Positions 35,448 through 47,580 of a stretch of 64,000 bases of DNA are shown piece after piece. Source of the stretch: Macrostomum lignano (Eukaryota); assembly GCA_002269645.1 (NCBI GenBank), contig NIVC01000487.1, forward strand, positions 392,298-456,297, read 5' to 3'. Numbering within the stretch: the first letter of the stretch is position 1; the number at the start of each line of letters is the position of its first letter. Under the pieces are notes generated by a model that searched no databases, was not told the origin of the DNA, and saw only the letters and a list, made by a program, of their open reading frames with translations. The position numbers and the translations under genes were made by a program.

Positions 35448-38400
35448 CTGGTCTGTTCAGGCTTGGTAGCGTGTAGCGCTGCAATTCATTTAATAAACTG
35501 CATAGACCATGTATATCTCAGGACAATGTATAGCTTACCCTTTCTTGGAGATACTAACCTATTATAGTCAAATTGGATTGAAGCTTGGCCTAATTTGCCT
35601 TGCATTTGATATAATTTCCTTTCAAACTGTTATGGAACACAAGTACTAACCATAGCTAGTTCTGCTTAACTTGAAAGTCTAGTTGCAGATGCATGAAAAT
35701 ATTTAGTAAGCAAGCTTTTATCTTTGCTGACTCAAAATCTTTATCAATACTTGCTTTATCTTAACTGAAACATAGGCCTGAGAAATTAAAGGCTAAGTTC
35801 TAACTACTAGATTCTATTTGTCTTTTTCGATATATTGCTTCTAGAATATAATCTTATAAGCAAGTAATAAATGAGAAAAGCATTTGATAGGACATAACAT
35901 AAGAATTTGTTCATAAAAATAACTTATATGCTGAATAATAATAGAAAGTTGCTTTCAGACTAGCTTAATTTATAGATATAGAAATGAATATTGTCAAAAA
36001 TATCAAAATACCTATAAAAATATATTTTTATTCATAGAGAAATATTTTTTAATAAAAAAACTATACTTTCATTGGTCTATAGCCCTAATCTACTTGATTC
36101 CAATAGTTCTGTTTTATGTTTTTCTAAATTAGGCCTATATATGTGCAATCCCCATGATTTACACTGGCTTGGCTATGCAATTTTCTTAAGTTTTTTTATA
36201 CTTAGTTTTTTAATATATTGAATTTCTACTAGCTTCCTAAAATAATATAATATTGTCATTGATACTTTAGGACAAACAATAATGAACTTTTAATATTTGG
36301 ATAGATAGTTCAATTTGGCACTAGTGCAGTTCTGTTAACAATTTTTTTCTTTTGAATTTGTGCCAGTTTCAATTATATTGTAGTGCCTTCAATTTAATAT
36401 AATAGTATAATAGCAATAGCCAATAATAATATGCATAGGAATTATATGTAAAGTAAAGATAAACTCCTAGTCTCCTATTGTGTTTTTTATTTAGGGACTA
36501 ACAAAGAATTGGTAAAGTCAAAGAGCAAATAAATAGCTTAACTTGAACTAAAAAAAGATGTAAATTTTATACCAAATTGGCTTAGAAAAAACACAGTAAG
36601 CTGGCCTTAGTGGTCCAGCAAGCTATAGTATAGATTAGGCTTTCTAGCCTTTAGAAGGCAATAAAATCAAAATAATGCTAAAAATAGTTATGAATGGTTA
36701 TGGCATTAATTATATGTTTTTCATTAGTGATTAGTGCTCAACTTTCAAGGTGCTATCAAATCAAATCTTAGTAGAGCTTTGTTTAGGCTACATTGATAAA
36801 ATATTTAAAATGGCAGAATAAAACGCCATAATTATTTAACAGCAAACACTGAGCACAGTATGAAGTCAAGGACTACAAGATCTGCTTTGTATAAAATTAC
36901 AAATTAGGCAACAAACCAAGGACATAGTTTCAGCGGTCGTCTGGTTAGCGGGGTGTGTCTCTTCTTATTTTTTTACTTTTAACCATTTATTCTTCATTTT
37001 TAAGGGTTAAAAGCTATCTTTTGTTTCCTATACTAGAGTTTTACGACGTTAAAAACGGTTTTCTATAGCTGAATGTTCGACTTTGTTATTACTTGCGCGA
37101 AATTTTGTAGCACTTTTTCAATTTTAGATTGACAATTTCTTTGGCCTCCTTCGAACGGCCTGAGTCATGGTAAGCATTTATTCTAAAGTAATATTATATG
37201 TTGCTAACTATTATTTTGTATTTAGGTAGCTTCCACCATCCAACAAATAGGAGCTTAACCTTCAAACCAAAGCGTCAATAGCCATGTATAGAGATGAAAA
37301 ATTTAAAGACCACGTAGACCAGTCCGACGAGCTCGGCTGTCTCGCCGGCAGGATGAACAATTGTCGAAAATTGTCAGAGATTGCAAACGAACCACACAAG
37401 TCCCATTATTCAGCGCACTTAATGTAGCACAGTACACCCCGCCCTGCTAAGATCTCGGATCTCGGAGTGAAACAGAGAGTTAATCTGGATTATTTCTGAA
37501 CCGGACGTGAGCAAAAAGTACTTGTAGAAAGCAAAGTTTCAATTTAATTTATTTGATTTGATTTAAATACTTAGTTTAGGTAGCAAGGATTTAAAGAATG
37601 TTTTATACAGGTAAAAAATTCATTTAAGAGACTGCATAATCTTGGATATGAAGCACGATAATACATAAAATTATTTCCATCTGTATAACAGCTCAAAATG
37701 CCGTAAAAATAGATTTTCTACTTAAAGTAGTATATTGTTATATACGAGCGTCAGTGGAAGTTGGAAGAACTGAAGGCCCACAGGTGCAACTAATATTGAG
37801 ATTTTTTTTCTTACCTACTCGTCCGTGTAGTACATGCTTTTCGTTGCGCTGCCTTCAGCAAACCGTCCATTCAATTTCGAGTTTGGTGGGTCATGACCAG
37901 GTTAAAACTAAATTTACTTCAACCCACCAGAGTATGATCGAGGGAAAATCTGCCAAATGGTATGCCCATCAAATAGAAGAAGTTCGTGAACACTGTATGT
38001 TTACGTTGGGTGATCATTCTACATTCGATCGATTCCATTGGACTTGTATACTTTTACTGACTGCTGGGGCACACACATAGGCAAGCAGAAGTGCGATGTA
38101 ATGCATTATAGTTTTTCTAACCTTGCTACAGCAGCAAAAAAGAGGAAAGTTTGAAGAGAGTTGCAGAAAATTATTATTATAGATAAAATCACATGTGCAA
38201 AACAGGTATTTATGCGTCGTACGAACGCAACCGTGCTATGATGGATAGCATAGCATAGTCAGAAGGTCAGTAGGGAGAGATGTGTCAGAATGGAAAAGGA
38301 TATAGCGAGTCGCTAGAGTACGCGCGCGAGCACAGATACTACTGCAATGACTATGGAAAGAAGTCGCTCTGTGCCCCAGCGCGTGACTGACAAAGTAAAT

Positions 38401-38639
38401 GAAGCGAGTTTCGTACTGCGCCTGATATATATCGGACTTCTGCATGAACACAAACCAGATTCCCTAGCTAACAGAAAATAAGTTAAAAATACATGTCTGA
38501 AAAAAATTGCCATTCGGTTTGGCTATAATTCAAACTGCCACCAAATTTTCTTTGTAATGCAGCTTAAAAAATTACGCAGGGTAATTTTTTTACCTTCTTT
38601 ACCTTCTCTACAGGCTTTTCTCTACAAGTTAGCCCCTCT

Positions 38640-39400
38640 CCTGCCTACCCTTCACTTCCCGCTACCCTACCCTCTCCTTCCCGCTATCCTCTCCTTCCCG
38701 CAACCCTCTCCTTCCCGCTACTCTCTTCTTCCCGCTACCCTCTCCTTCCCGCTACCTTCTCCTTCCCGCTACCCTCTCCTTCCCGCTACCCTCTCCTTCC
38801 CACTACCCTCTCCTTCCCGTTACCCTCTCCTTCCCGCTACCCTCTTCTTCCCGCTGCCCTCTTCTTCCCGCTACCTTTTCCCTCCCGCTACCCTCTCCTT
38901 TTCGTTACCCTCTTCTTCCCACTACCCTCTCCTTCCCGCCACCCTCTCCTTCCCACTACCCTCTCCTTCCCGTTACCCTCTAGTTCCTTCCCGCTACCCT
39001 CTTCTTCCCGCTACCCTCTCCTTTCCGCTACCCTCTCCTTCCTGCTACCCTCTCCTTTCCGCTACCCTCTCCTTCCTGCTACCCTCTCCTTTCCGCTACC
39101 CTTTCCTTCCCGCTACCCTCTCCTTTTCGTTACCCTCTCCTTCCCGCTACCTTTTCCTTCCCGCTACCCTCTCCTTTTCGTTACCCTCTACTTCCCGCTA
39201 CCCTTCTCCTTCCTACTACCCTCTCCTTCCCGCTACCCTCTTCTTCCCGCTACCCTCTCATTCCCGCTACCCTCTCCTTTCCGCTACCCTCTCCTTCCCG
39301 CTACCTTTTCCTTCCCGCTACCCTCTCCTTTTCGTTACCGTCTACTTCCCGCTACTCTCTCCTACTCGCTACCTTCTAGCTCCTTCCCGCTACCCTCTCG
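38640..39400. repeat. 17-bp pyrimidine-rich minisatellite (CTACCCTCTCCTTCCCG)n
   Basis: 17-nt periodicity with degenerate copies. Confidence 0.92.
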
Positions 39401-39640
39401 TTCTCGCTGAAATTTCCTGCAAACTACAGTGCACTCCTTGAATTAAAAATGGGCTAAGATAGCCGACCGTGATGCAAACCAACAACAGATATAACAAGCA
39501 TTCAGATTCTACATAAAGTATATTCATTTTAACTGCACTGCACTGCACTTGGCTACACTTCAATAATATATCTTAAAATATAGCCAAAAATTCCAGCCCT
39601 CTTGTGACCAGTTTCGCCTCTTCCATCTTCCCACAGTTTT

Positions 39641-41227
39641 TCACACAATGGACATTGGTGAAAAGTAGGCAACGCTCCCACTAGATGAGGCAGATGCTGC
39701 TCCAGATGATGGCGCTAGCAGCTGCAGCTGGGGCTGCGGCGGCGGCGGCGGCGGCGGCGGTACGGGAGTATGGTGAAGCCGCCGCTGCCACTGCCTGCCG
39801 CTGTCTCTAGAGCCGGACGCCCAGATCTCTGGGATCGCCTGATCGCAGCTGCAATCTTCATCCCAGTGCTGTGACTGGCGAGCGCCGCCGCCAAAAACGA
39901 CAGCAACTTCGTCGCCCGTCGAGTCAACTCGCTGATGTCGGGCCGTAGCGGACAGCAGAGGAGGCGGCGGCGGTGGCGGCAGCGGCGGCTGTGAAAACGA
40001 TTCCCGCTGCCGATCCAGGTGCCTTCGACTTCGGCCGCTGCTTTCATCTCCTCGGTGCAGCCAGAAGAAGCAACAGCCGCGCTGCCTGTGGCAGCATCGG
40101 CAGAGACGCAGTGGCAGCCGGCCGAAGTCGCCATCGAATATCAGCAGCGCCAGCGGCTCAACGGCCGCCCTGGAGAAGCCGAGAATGGTGAGAAACTTGT
40201 ACAGCTCGACGGTGACACGGTACTGCGGGTCCATCAGGATCAGGGCGTACAGCGGATACCAGCAGATGAGATGCAGACACCACAGCCCGGCCAGCACCCT
40301 CTGCCGGTTGTACTTCGCCGATGCCAGCTGTCCGAGGCGCCTGGCGAAGCTCTCAACCGGCTGATCGGGCGGCTGGCTGGCGTCGCCGGCGCGGGCCTTG
40401 TAGAAGGCCAGCTTGGCGCCGATGGTGCGTCCGATGGTTCGGCGGAACACGGCCAGATAGTAGGCGGCCGCCATCAGCGCCAGGGACACGATCAGCACCC
40501 ACATGGTGTACACAACGTAGTTCTTCACCTGGCCGTACACGAACAGGCATTTCTCGCCGCTCCTGCTGCTACTGGACGAGCGGGCGCCGGCGCCGGCGCC
40601 AACCACGCCGCGGCCAGTTGAAGCTTCGAAATTGGCACCGATGAGGGTTGGGCCGAGGTGCAGGATGGCGCTGCCAGTGTACACCAGCGACACGCCAAAT
40701 AACACGCAGCAGACGGAGCCCTCCGGTTGGCGGCCCTCGGACGCCTGCCGACTATCAAAGAAGTACACCTCGCAGCAGGCCATGGCGACCAGATTGAAGG
40801 CCGCCGTTGTCATCAGCACGATGTAGCTGGTGCCCAGCGAGTTGCAAGCGCTGCTGGACACGCCGCCGCCGTCAGAGACGAGGCCCCGGCCGAACGGCAG
40901 GCAGTAGGCGGACATCGCCAGGTTGAGCAGCGCTGAGTGCCCTACGAACGCCGAGGAGAGTCGCCGGGTGCGCGGCCGGACCAGCAGGGAGGCCATCAGC
41001 AGCGAGTTGGCGATGAGCCCGACTCCGGCGATGGCGAACATGGCGGCCTGCTCGAAGGCCTCGTGCAGCGAGTCGTCCTCGCCGTGCTGGTGCTCGTCCG
41101 GCCAGCCGGTGTCGCCCGGACCGGTCTGCATGAGCTGCCTTCGCGACCGGGTTGGCTGGGACTGCACGGGCGTGAGGATCTGGAGGGTCGGTGGATGGCT
41201 TTCGTTAGTGTCTAATGATGGCTGCAT
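39641..41227 (-). CDS. Orphan class A (rhodopsin-like) GPCR, intronless, up to 528 aa
   Basis: Seven hydrophobic segments: TM1 GVGLIANSLL (GN-like), conserved Cys before TM3 (ACNSLG), ECL2 Cys (EKCLF), TM6 LICWYPLY (CWxP), TM7 AAVEPLALL; Pro-rich C-tail. The true start may be a downstream Met (MQTGPG, about 41131). Confidence 0.88.
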   Translation of the reverse strand: MQPSLDTNESHPPTLQILTPVQSQPTRSRRQLMQTGPGDTGWPDEHQHGEDDSLHEAFEQAAMFAIAGVGLIANSLLMASLLVRPRTRRLSSAFVGHSALLNLAMSAYCLPFGRGLVSDGGGVSSSACNSLGTSYIVLMTTAAFNLVAMACCEVYFFDSRQASEGRQPEGSVCCVLFGVSLVYTGSAILHLGPTLIGANFEASTGRGVVGAGAGARSSSSSRSGEKCLFVYGQVKNYVVYTMWVLIVSLALMAAAYYLAVFRRTIGRTIGAKLAFYKARAGDASQPPDQPVESFARRLGQLASAKYNRQRVLAGLWCLHLICWYPLYALILMDPQYRVTVELYKFLTILGFSRAAVEPLALLIFDGDFGRLPLRLCRCCHRQRGCCFFWLHRGDESSGRSRRHLDRQRESFSQPPLPPPPPPPLLSATARHQRVDSTGDEVAVVFGGGARQSQHWDEDCSCDQAIPEIWASGSRDSGRQWQRRLHHTPVPPPPPPPPQPQLQLLAPSSGAASASSSGSVAYFSPMSIV

Positions 41228-41228
41228 T

Positions 41229-41394
41229 TATTTACCCCAGCTAATGCTGGCACCCATTTTACAGCTGGGTGAACTGAAGCAATGCAAAGTTAAGTGTCCT
41301 GCTCAAGAACACTAAAATCGTTCCGACTAGGTCGAGAATCGAACCCCCGACCTTTCAGTGGTGAGTCCGACGCTCTGACCACTAGGCTACAACC
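41229..41394 (-). mobile_element. tRNA-derived SINE with conserved core
   Basis: Minus strand: A box TAGCCTAGTGG, B box GGTTCGATTC, then GTGTTCTTGAGCAGGACACTTAAC and CACCCAGCTGTAAAATGGGTGCCAGC, which resemble invertebrate core-domain (Nin/Deu/V-type) SINE bodies. No acceptor stem. Confidence 0.78.
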
Positions 41395-41778
41395 CAGTGA
41401 AGAATAACTATATTTATAAATCAACAACTGACAGAATGAAAGTACAAAGAGCTCAGACTATCAGTTCCCTTCTGCATGCCCCCGCGAGGGAGGTGTGCGG
41501 AGCACTCATTTTGCCAGAATTTTCTTCTACCAAAATCTATCCGAGGCTGAAAGGGTCAAGCGATTTCCCAGGAGAATTCCGTTCGGGAGATTTTTTTCAC
41601 GCTGCCCTTAGGCAGTTGGAATATTTTTTCGGTGCCAAAGGCACAACTTTCTGCCCCTGCGTTTCCACTGCACTGCCAATGTACGTGTCATCTTGTCTGT
41701 TTAACTCTGGAGTGGTCTTTTTACATTCTGGCTAAAGTTGTTGAAATTATTGATTAGGGGGACGAATAGGAGGGGTAC

Positions 41779-44600
41779 CATGAGATGCTTAGTGGGGTCT
41801 GTCATGAGATGCTTAATGGGGTGTGTCATGAGATGCTTAATGGGGTGTGCCATGAGATGCTTAATGGGGTGTGTCATGAGATGCTTAATGGGGTCTGTCA
41901 TGAGATGCTTAATGGGGTGTGTCATGAGATGCTTAATGGGGTGTGTCATGAGATGCTTAATGGGGTGTGCCATGAGATGCTTGATGTGGTGTGTGTCATG
42001 AGATGCCTAATGGTGTGTGTCATGAGAAGCTTAATGGGGTGTGTCATGAGATGCCTAATGGTGTGTGTCATGAGAAGCTTAATGGGGTGTGCCATGAGAT
42101 GCTTGATGTGGTGTGTGTCATGAGATGCTTAATGGGGTGTGTCATGAGATGCTTAATGGGGTGTGTCATGAGATGCCTAATGGTGTGTGTCATGAGAAGC
42201 TTAATGGGGTGTGCCATGAGATGCTTGATGTGGTGTGTGTCATGAGATGCTTAATGGGGTGTGTCATGAGATGCTTAATGGGGTGTGTCATGAGATGCTT
42301 AATGGGGTGTGCCATGAGATGCTTGATGTGGTGTGTGTGTCATGAGAAGCCTAATGGTGTGTGTCATGAGATGCCTAATGGGGTGTGCCATGAGATGCTT
42401 GATGGGGTGTGCCATGAGATGCTTGATGTGGTGTGTGTCATGAGATGCTTAATGGGGTGTGCCATGAGATGCTTGATGTGGTGTGTGTGTCATGAGAAGC
42501 CTAATGGTGTGTGTCATGAGATGCCTAATGGGGTGTGCCATGAGATGCTTGATGGGGTGTGCCATGAGATGCTTGATGTGGTGTGTGTCATGAGATGCTT
42601 AATGGGGTGTGCCATGAGATGCTTGATGTGGTGTGTGTGTCATGAGAAGCCTAATGGTGTGTGTCATGAGATGCCTAATGGGGTGTGCCATGAGATGCTT
42701 GATGGGGTGTGCCATGGGATGCTTGATGTGGTGTGTGTCATGAGATGCTTAATGGGGTGTGCCATGAGATGCTTGATGTGGTGTGTGTGTCATGAGAAGC
42801 CTAATGGTGTGTGTCATGAGATGCCTAATGGGGTGTGTCATGAGATGCTTGATGGGGTGTGCCATGAGATGCTTGATGTGGTGTGTGTGTCATGAGAAGC
42901 CTAATGGTGTGTGTCATGAGAAGCTTAATGGGGTGTGCCATGAGATGCCTAATGGGGTGTGCCATGAGATGCTTGATGGGGTGTGCCATGAGATGCTTGA
43001 TGGGGTTCGTGCCATGAGATGTTTGATGGGGTACGCCATGAGATGCTTAATGGGGTATGCCATTAGATGCTTGATGAGGTGTGCCATGAGATACTTAATG
43101 GGGTGTGCCATAAGATGATTGATGTGGTGTGCGTCATGAGATGCCTAATGGTGTGTGTCATGAGAAGCTTAATGGGGTGTGTCATGAGAAGCTTAATGGG
43201 GTGTGTCATGAGATGCCTAATGGTGTGTGTCATGAGATACTTAATGGGGTGTGTCATGAGATGCCTAATGGGGTGTGTCATGAGATACTTAATGGGGTGT
43301 GCCATGAGATGCTTGATGGGGTGTGCCATGAGATGCTTAATGGGATGAGCCATGAGATGCTTAATGGGGTATGCCATGAGATGTCTAATGGGGTGTGCTA
43401 TGAGATGCTTAATGGGGTGTGCCATGAGATGCCATGAGATGCTTAATGGGGTGTGTCATGAGATGCTTAATGGAGTGTGCCATGAGATGTTTGATGGGGT
43501 TCGTGCCATGAGATGCTTGATGGGGTATGCCATTAGATGCTTGATGGGGTGTGCCATGAGATACTTAATTGGGTGTGCCATGAGATGCTTAATGGGGTGT
43601 TTGATGAGATGCTTTATAGGTGAGCCATGAGATGCTTTATGGAGTGTGTGTCATGAGATGCTTGATGGGGTGTGATATGAGATGTTTAATGGGGTGAGCC
43701 ATGAGTTGTTTAATGGGGTGTGCCATGAGATGCCATGAGATGTTTAATGGGGTGTGCCATGAGATGTCTAATGGGGTGTGCCATGAGATGCTTAATGGGG
43801 TGTGCCATGAGATGCTTGATGGGGTGTGTACCATGAGATGCTTGATGGGGTGTGCTATGAGATGCTTGATGGGGTGTGTGCCATGAGATGCTTGATGGGG
43901 TGTGTGCCATGAGATTCTTGATGGGGTGTGTACCATGAGATGCTTGATGGGGTGTGCTATGAGATGCTTGATGGGGTGTGTGCCATGAGATGCTTGATGG
44001 GGTGTGCCATGAGATGCTTGATGGGGTGTGTGCCATGAGATGCTTGATGGGGTGTGCCATGAGATGCTTGATGGGGTGTGTGCCATGAGATGGCATGAGA
44101 TGTCTAATGGGGTGTGCTATGAGATGCTTAATGGGGTGTGCCATGAGATGCTTGATGGGGTGTGCCATGAGATGTCTAATGGGTGTGCCATGAGATGCTT
44201 GATGGGGTGTGTGCCATGAGATGGCATGAGATGTCTAATGGGGTGTGCTATGAGATGCTTAATGGGGTGTGCTATGAGATGCTTAATGGGGTGTGCTATG
44301 AGATGCTTAATGGGGTGTGCTATGAGATGCTTGATGGGGTGTGCCATGAGATGCTTAATGGGGTGTGCTATGAGATGCTTGATGGGGTGTGCTATGAGAT
44401 GCTTAATGGGGTGTGCTATGAGATGCTTAATGGGGTGTGCTATGAGATGCTTAATGGGGTGTGCTATGAGATGCTTAATGGGGTGTGCTATGAGATGCTT
44501 AATGGGGTGTGCTATGAGATGCTTGATGGGGTGTGTGCCATGAGATGCTTGATGGGGTGTGTGCCATGAGATGCTTGATGGGGTGTGTACCATGAGATGT
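41779..44600. repeat. 24-bp minisatellite (CATGAGATGCTTAATGGGGTGTG[CT])n with 26-bp variants, about 2.8 kb
   Basis: Periodic CATGAGATGC core. Confidence 0.96.
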
Positions 44601-45335
44601 ATAAAGAGGCGTCATGAGATGCTGAGTAGTGGGAGTCCTGAGATGAAGGCGATCCGTCTTCCGGGATGCCAGAAGCCATCAACTCGGCGAATAATCCCGC
44701 CGCAACTCACCCTCACTGCACCGAGAACAGCACCTTGCCTGAATCCTCAAATCCGCCTCCCATCCCCTCAGAATCTCCAGCGAATGGAGCAGCGATAGCC
44801 GCAGGGGGTTGTTGGGGCTGTTCGACCGGACATGAATAATTCAGATAACGAAAGAATGAATGAGTTGCAAGCAGCAAAAAGTTAAATTTTCAGCCCCACG
44901 GCTAAGAAGAGGATGGAAACGAGCCGCGTAAGGCTTGGCTCGGTCTATGGGCGATGAAGCGAGCACTTTCTCCCGATGAGGCGTTGTAGTTCTCGCAGCT
45001 TCCTATTGGAGCAACCGTCCAGCCTTCTAGTGTCAGATATAGAGGCTTAGCGCTAATGCCTCAGCGGCCCGCAGGGAGACGCAAAAAGCAGGGCAGGTCC
45101 CCTGCAGCGCGTATTACTATATCTTCCCAGCTGCCAGAACACCGAATCTCCGTACAAATCCAGCCCCAGAAAACATAGCAGCCTCTATAGTGTGAGAAAG
45201 TTAAAGGCAAAAACATACGAGTAGATATCGAATTTGTGCACAGGGAAAGACCATTGAGGGTTGGATAAAATCGAGGGAGTGTGCCAGATGGCATGTACTG
45301 AAGACTGTCGCAAAGGCTGCGAATATAGAAGGCTC

Positions 45336-46930
45336 ACCTGGAGCTCTTCTTGTCACCCCTGACTCACCTGTAGCTCTCCCTGTCACTGGATTACCTTACC
45401 TGGTAAGTATCCCTGGCACCCCTGTCTCACCTGGAGCTCTCCCTGTCACCGGATCACCTGCTGAGCATCCCTGTCTCACCTGGAGCTCTCCCTGTCACCG
45501 GATCACCTGCTGAGCATCCCTGTCTCACCTGGAGCTCTCCCTGTCACCGGATCACCTGCTGAGCATCCCTGTCTCACCTGGAGCTCTCCCTGTCACCGGA
45601 TCACCTGCTGAGCATCCCTGTCTCACCTGGAGCTCTCCCTGTCGCCGGATCACCTGCTGAGCATTCCTGTCGCACCTGGAGCTCTCCCTGTCACCGGATC
45701 ACCTGCTGAGCATCCCTGTCTCACCTGAAGCTCTCCCTGTCACCGGATCACCTGCTGAGCATTCCTATCTCACCTGGAGCTCTCCCTGTCGCCGGATCAC
45801 CTGCTGAGCATCCCTGTCTCACCTGGAGCTCTCCCTGTCGCCGGATCACCTGCTGAGCATTCCTATCTCACCTGGAGCTCTCCCTGTCACCGGATCACCT
45901 GCTGAGCATTCCTATCTCACCTGGAGCTCTCCCTGTCACCGGATCACCTGCTGAGCATCCCTGTCTCACCTGGAGCTCTCCCTGTCACCGGATCACCTGC
46001 TGAGCATCCCTGTCTCACCTGGAGCTCTCCCTGTCACCGGATCACCTGCTGAGCATTCCTATCTCACCTGGAGCTCTCCCTGTCACCGGATCACCTGCTG
46101 AGCATCCCTGTCTCACCTGGAGCTCTCCCTGTCACCGGATCACCTGCTGAGCATCCCTGTCTCACCTGAAGCTCTCCCTGTCACCGGATCACCTGCTGAG
46201 CATTCCTATCTCACCTGGAGCTCTCCCTGTCACCGGATCACCTGCTGAGCATTCCTATCTCACCTGGAGCTCTCCCTGTCACCGGATCACCTGCTGAGCA
46301 TTCCTATCTCACCTGGAGCTCTCCCTGTCACCGGATCACCTGCTGAGCATCCCTGTCTCACCTGAAGCTCTCCCTGTCACCGGATCACCTGCTGAGCATT
46401 CCTATCTCACCTGGAGCTCTCCCTGTCGCCGGATCACCTGCTGAGCATCCCTGTCTCACCTGGAGCTCTCCCTATAACCGGATCACCTGCTGAGCATCCC
46501 TGTCTCACCTGGAGCTCTCCCTGTCACCGGATCACCTGCTGAGCATTCCTATCTCACCTGGAGCTCTCCCTGTCACCGGATCACCTGCTGAGCATCCCTG
46601 TCTCACCTGAAGCTCTCCCTGTCACCGGATCACCTGCTGAGCATTCCTATCTCACCTGGAGCTCTCCCTGTCACCGGATCACCTGCTGAGCATTCCTATC
46701 TCACCTGGAGCTCTCCCTGTCACCGGATCACCTGCTGAGCATCCCTGTCTCACCTGAAGCTCTCCCTGTCACCGGATCACCTGCTGAGCATTCCTATCTC
46801 ACCTGGAGCTCTCCCTGTCGCCGGATCACCTGCTGAGCATCCCTGTCTCACCTGGAGCTCTCCCTATAACCGGATCACCTGCTGAGCATCCCTGTCTCAC
46901 CTGGAGCTCTCCCTATAACCGGATCACACA
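45336..46930. repeat. 49-bp minisatellite (CCTGTCTCACCTGGAGCTCTCCCTGTCACCGGATCACCTGCTGAGCATC)n, about 31 copies
   Basis: Period measured from 45421 to 45470; degenerate leading copies. Confidence 0.96.
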
Positions 46931-47580
46931 CTGAGCAATCCCTCTAAAAAATCCTGAACGGCATTGCCCCCTTAGATACTTGGCACCCAATACTTTTTGG
47001 ATAGTTAATTAGCCTTAGAGCTGGGCTTGCCACTGTAGCAGACGGCTAGTTAAGGCATATTTCCATCGTCCATTCGTCAGTTCCACCCCCCTCACACTCA
47101 ACTCTGTCAAGGATGAAAACTGCAGTTAACCTGAGAGACTCGAAAGTCCAGACGGTTACATTTTTGGAGCTTTTAGGCACGTGAATTCGAAACACAATCT
47201 TAATGAGGCAAGTTAGCATTGAGATTGAGTGCTCTGTAGGTGGGGGGGGAGTGTAGGTGGCGCGAATACTGCCAACGAATTCAGCCGCAGAATATGGAAC
47301 TGCAAAACACACTGGGCTGCAAATGCTAAACTGCGCAATAGCCTGCCGATCGTGGGGTGGCGGCCGCCCGCCTTCTATTGGGCGTAATTCAAATAAGAGA
47401 CCAGCCGGGCCAGATGCAAGGTGCCAGCATAGTGTAGATAAACAGTAGAAGTAAAGACGGAAACAATTCTACTCAAAATTTCATTTCAAAGCCATTGCGT
47501 CACCCGACTCCAACTCAATTCGCTCCTTCTGACACAATAAAGACTGAGCTCACGAGCTGAGTACAGTGTGAGTAGTGCTC

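Noticed and set aside
41325-41394. Possible tRNA gene (minus strand)
   Set aside because: A/B boxes and the T-arm are present, but there is no acceptor-stem pairing and the sequence continues into a SINE core.
44666-44884. About 72-aa Pro/Ser/Asn-rich ORF between two arrays
   Set aside because: Low complexity, no motif and no convincing splice partners.
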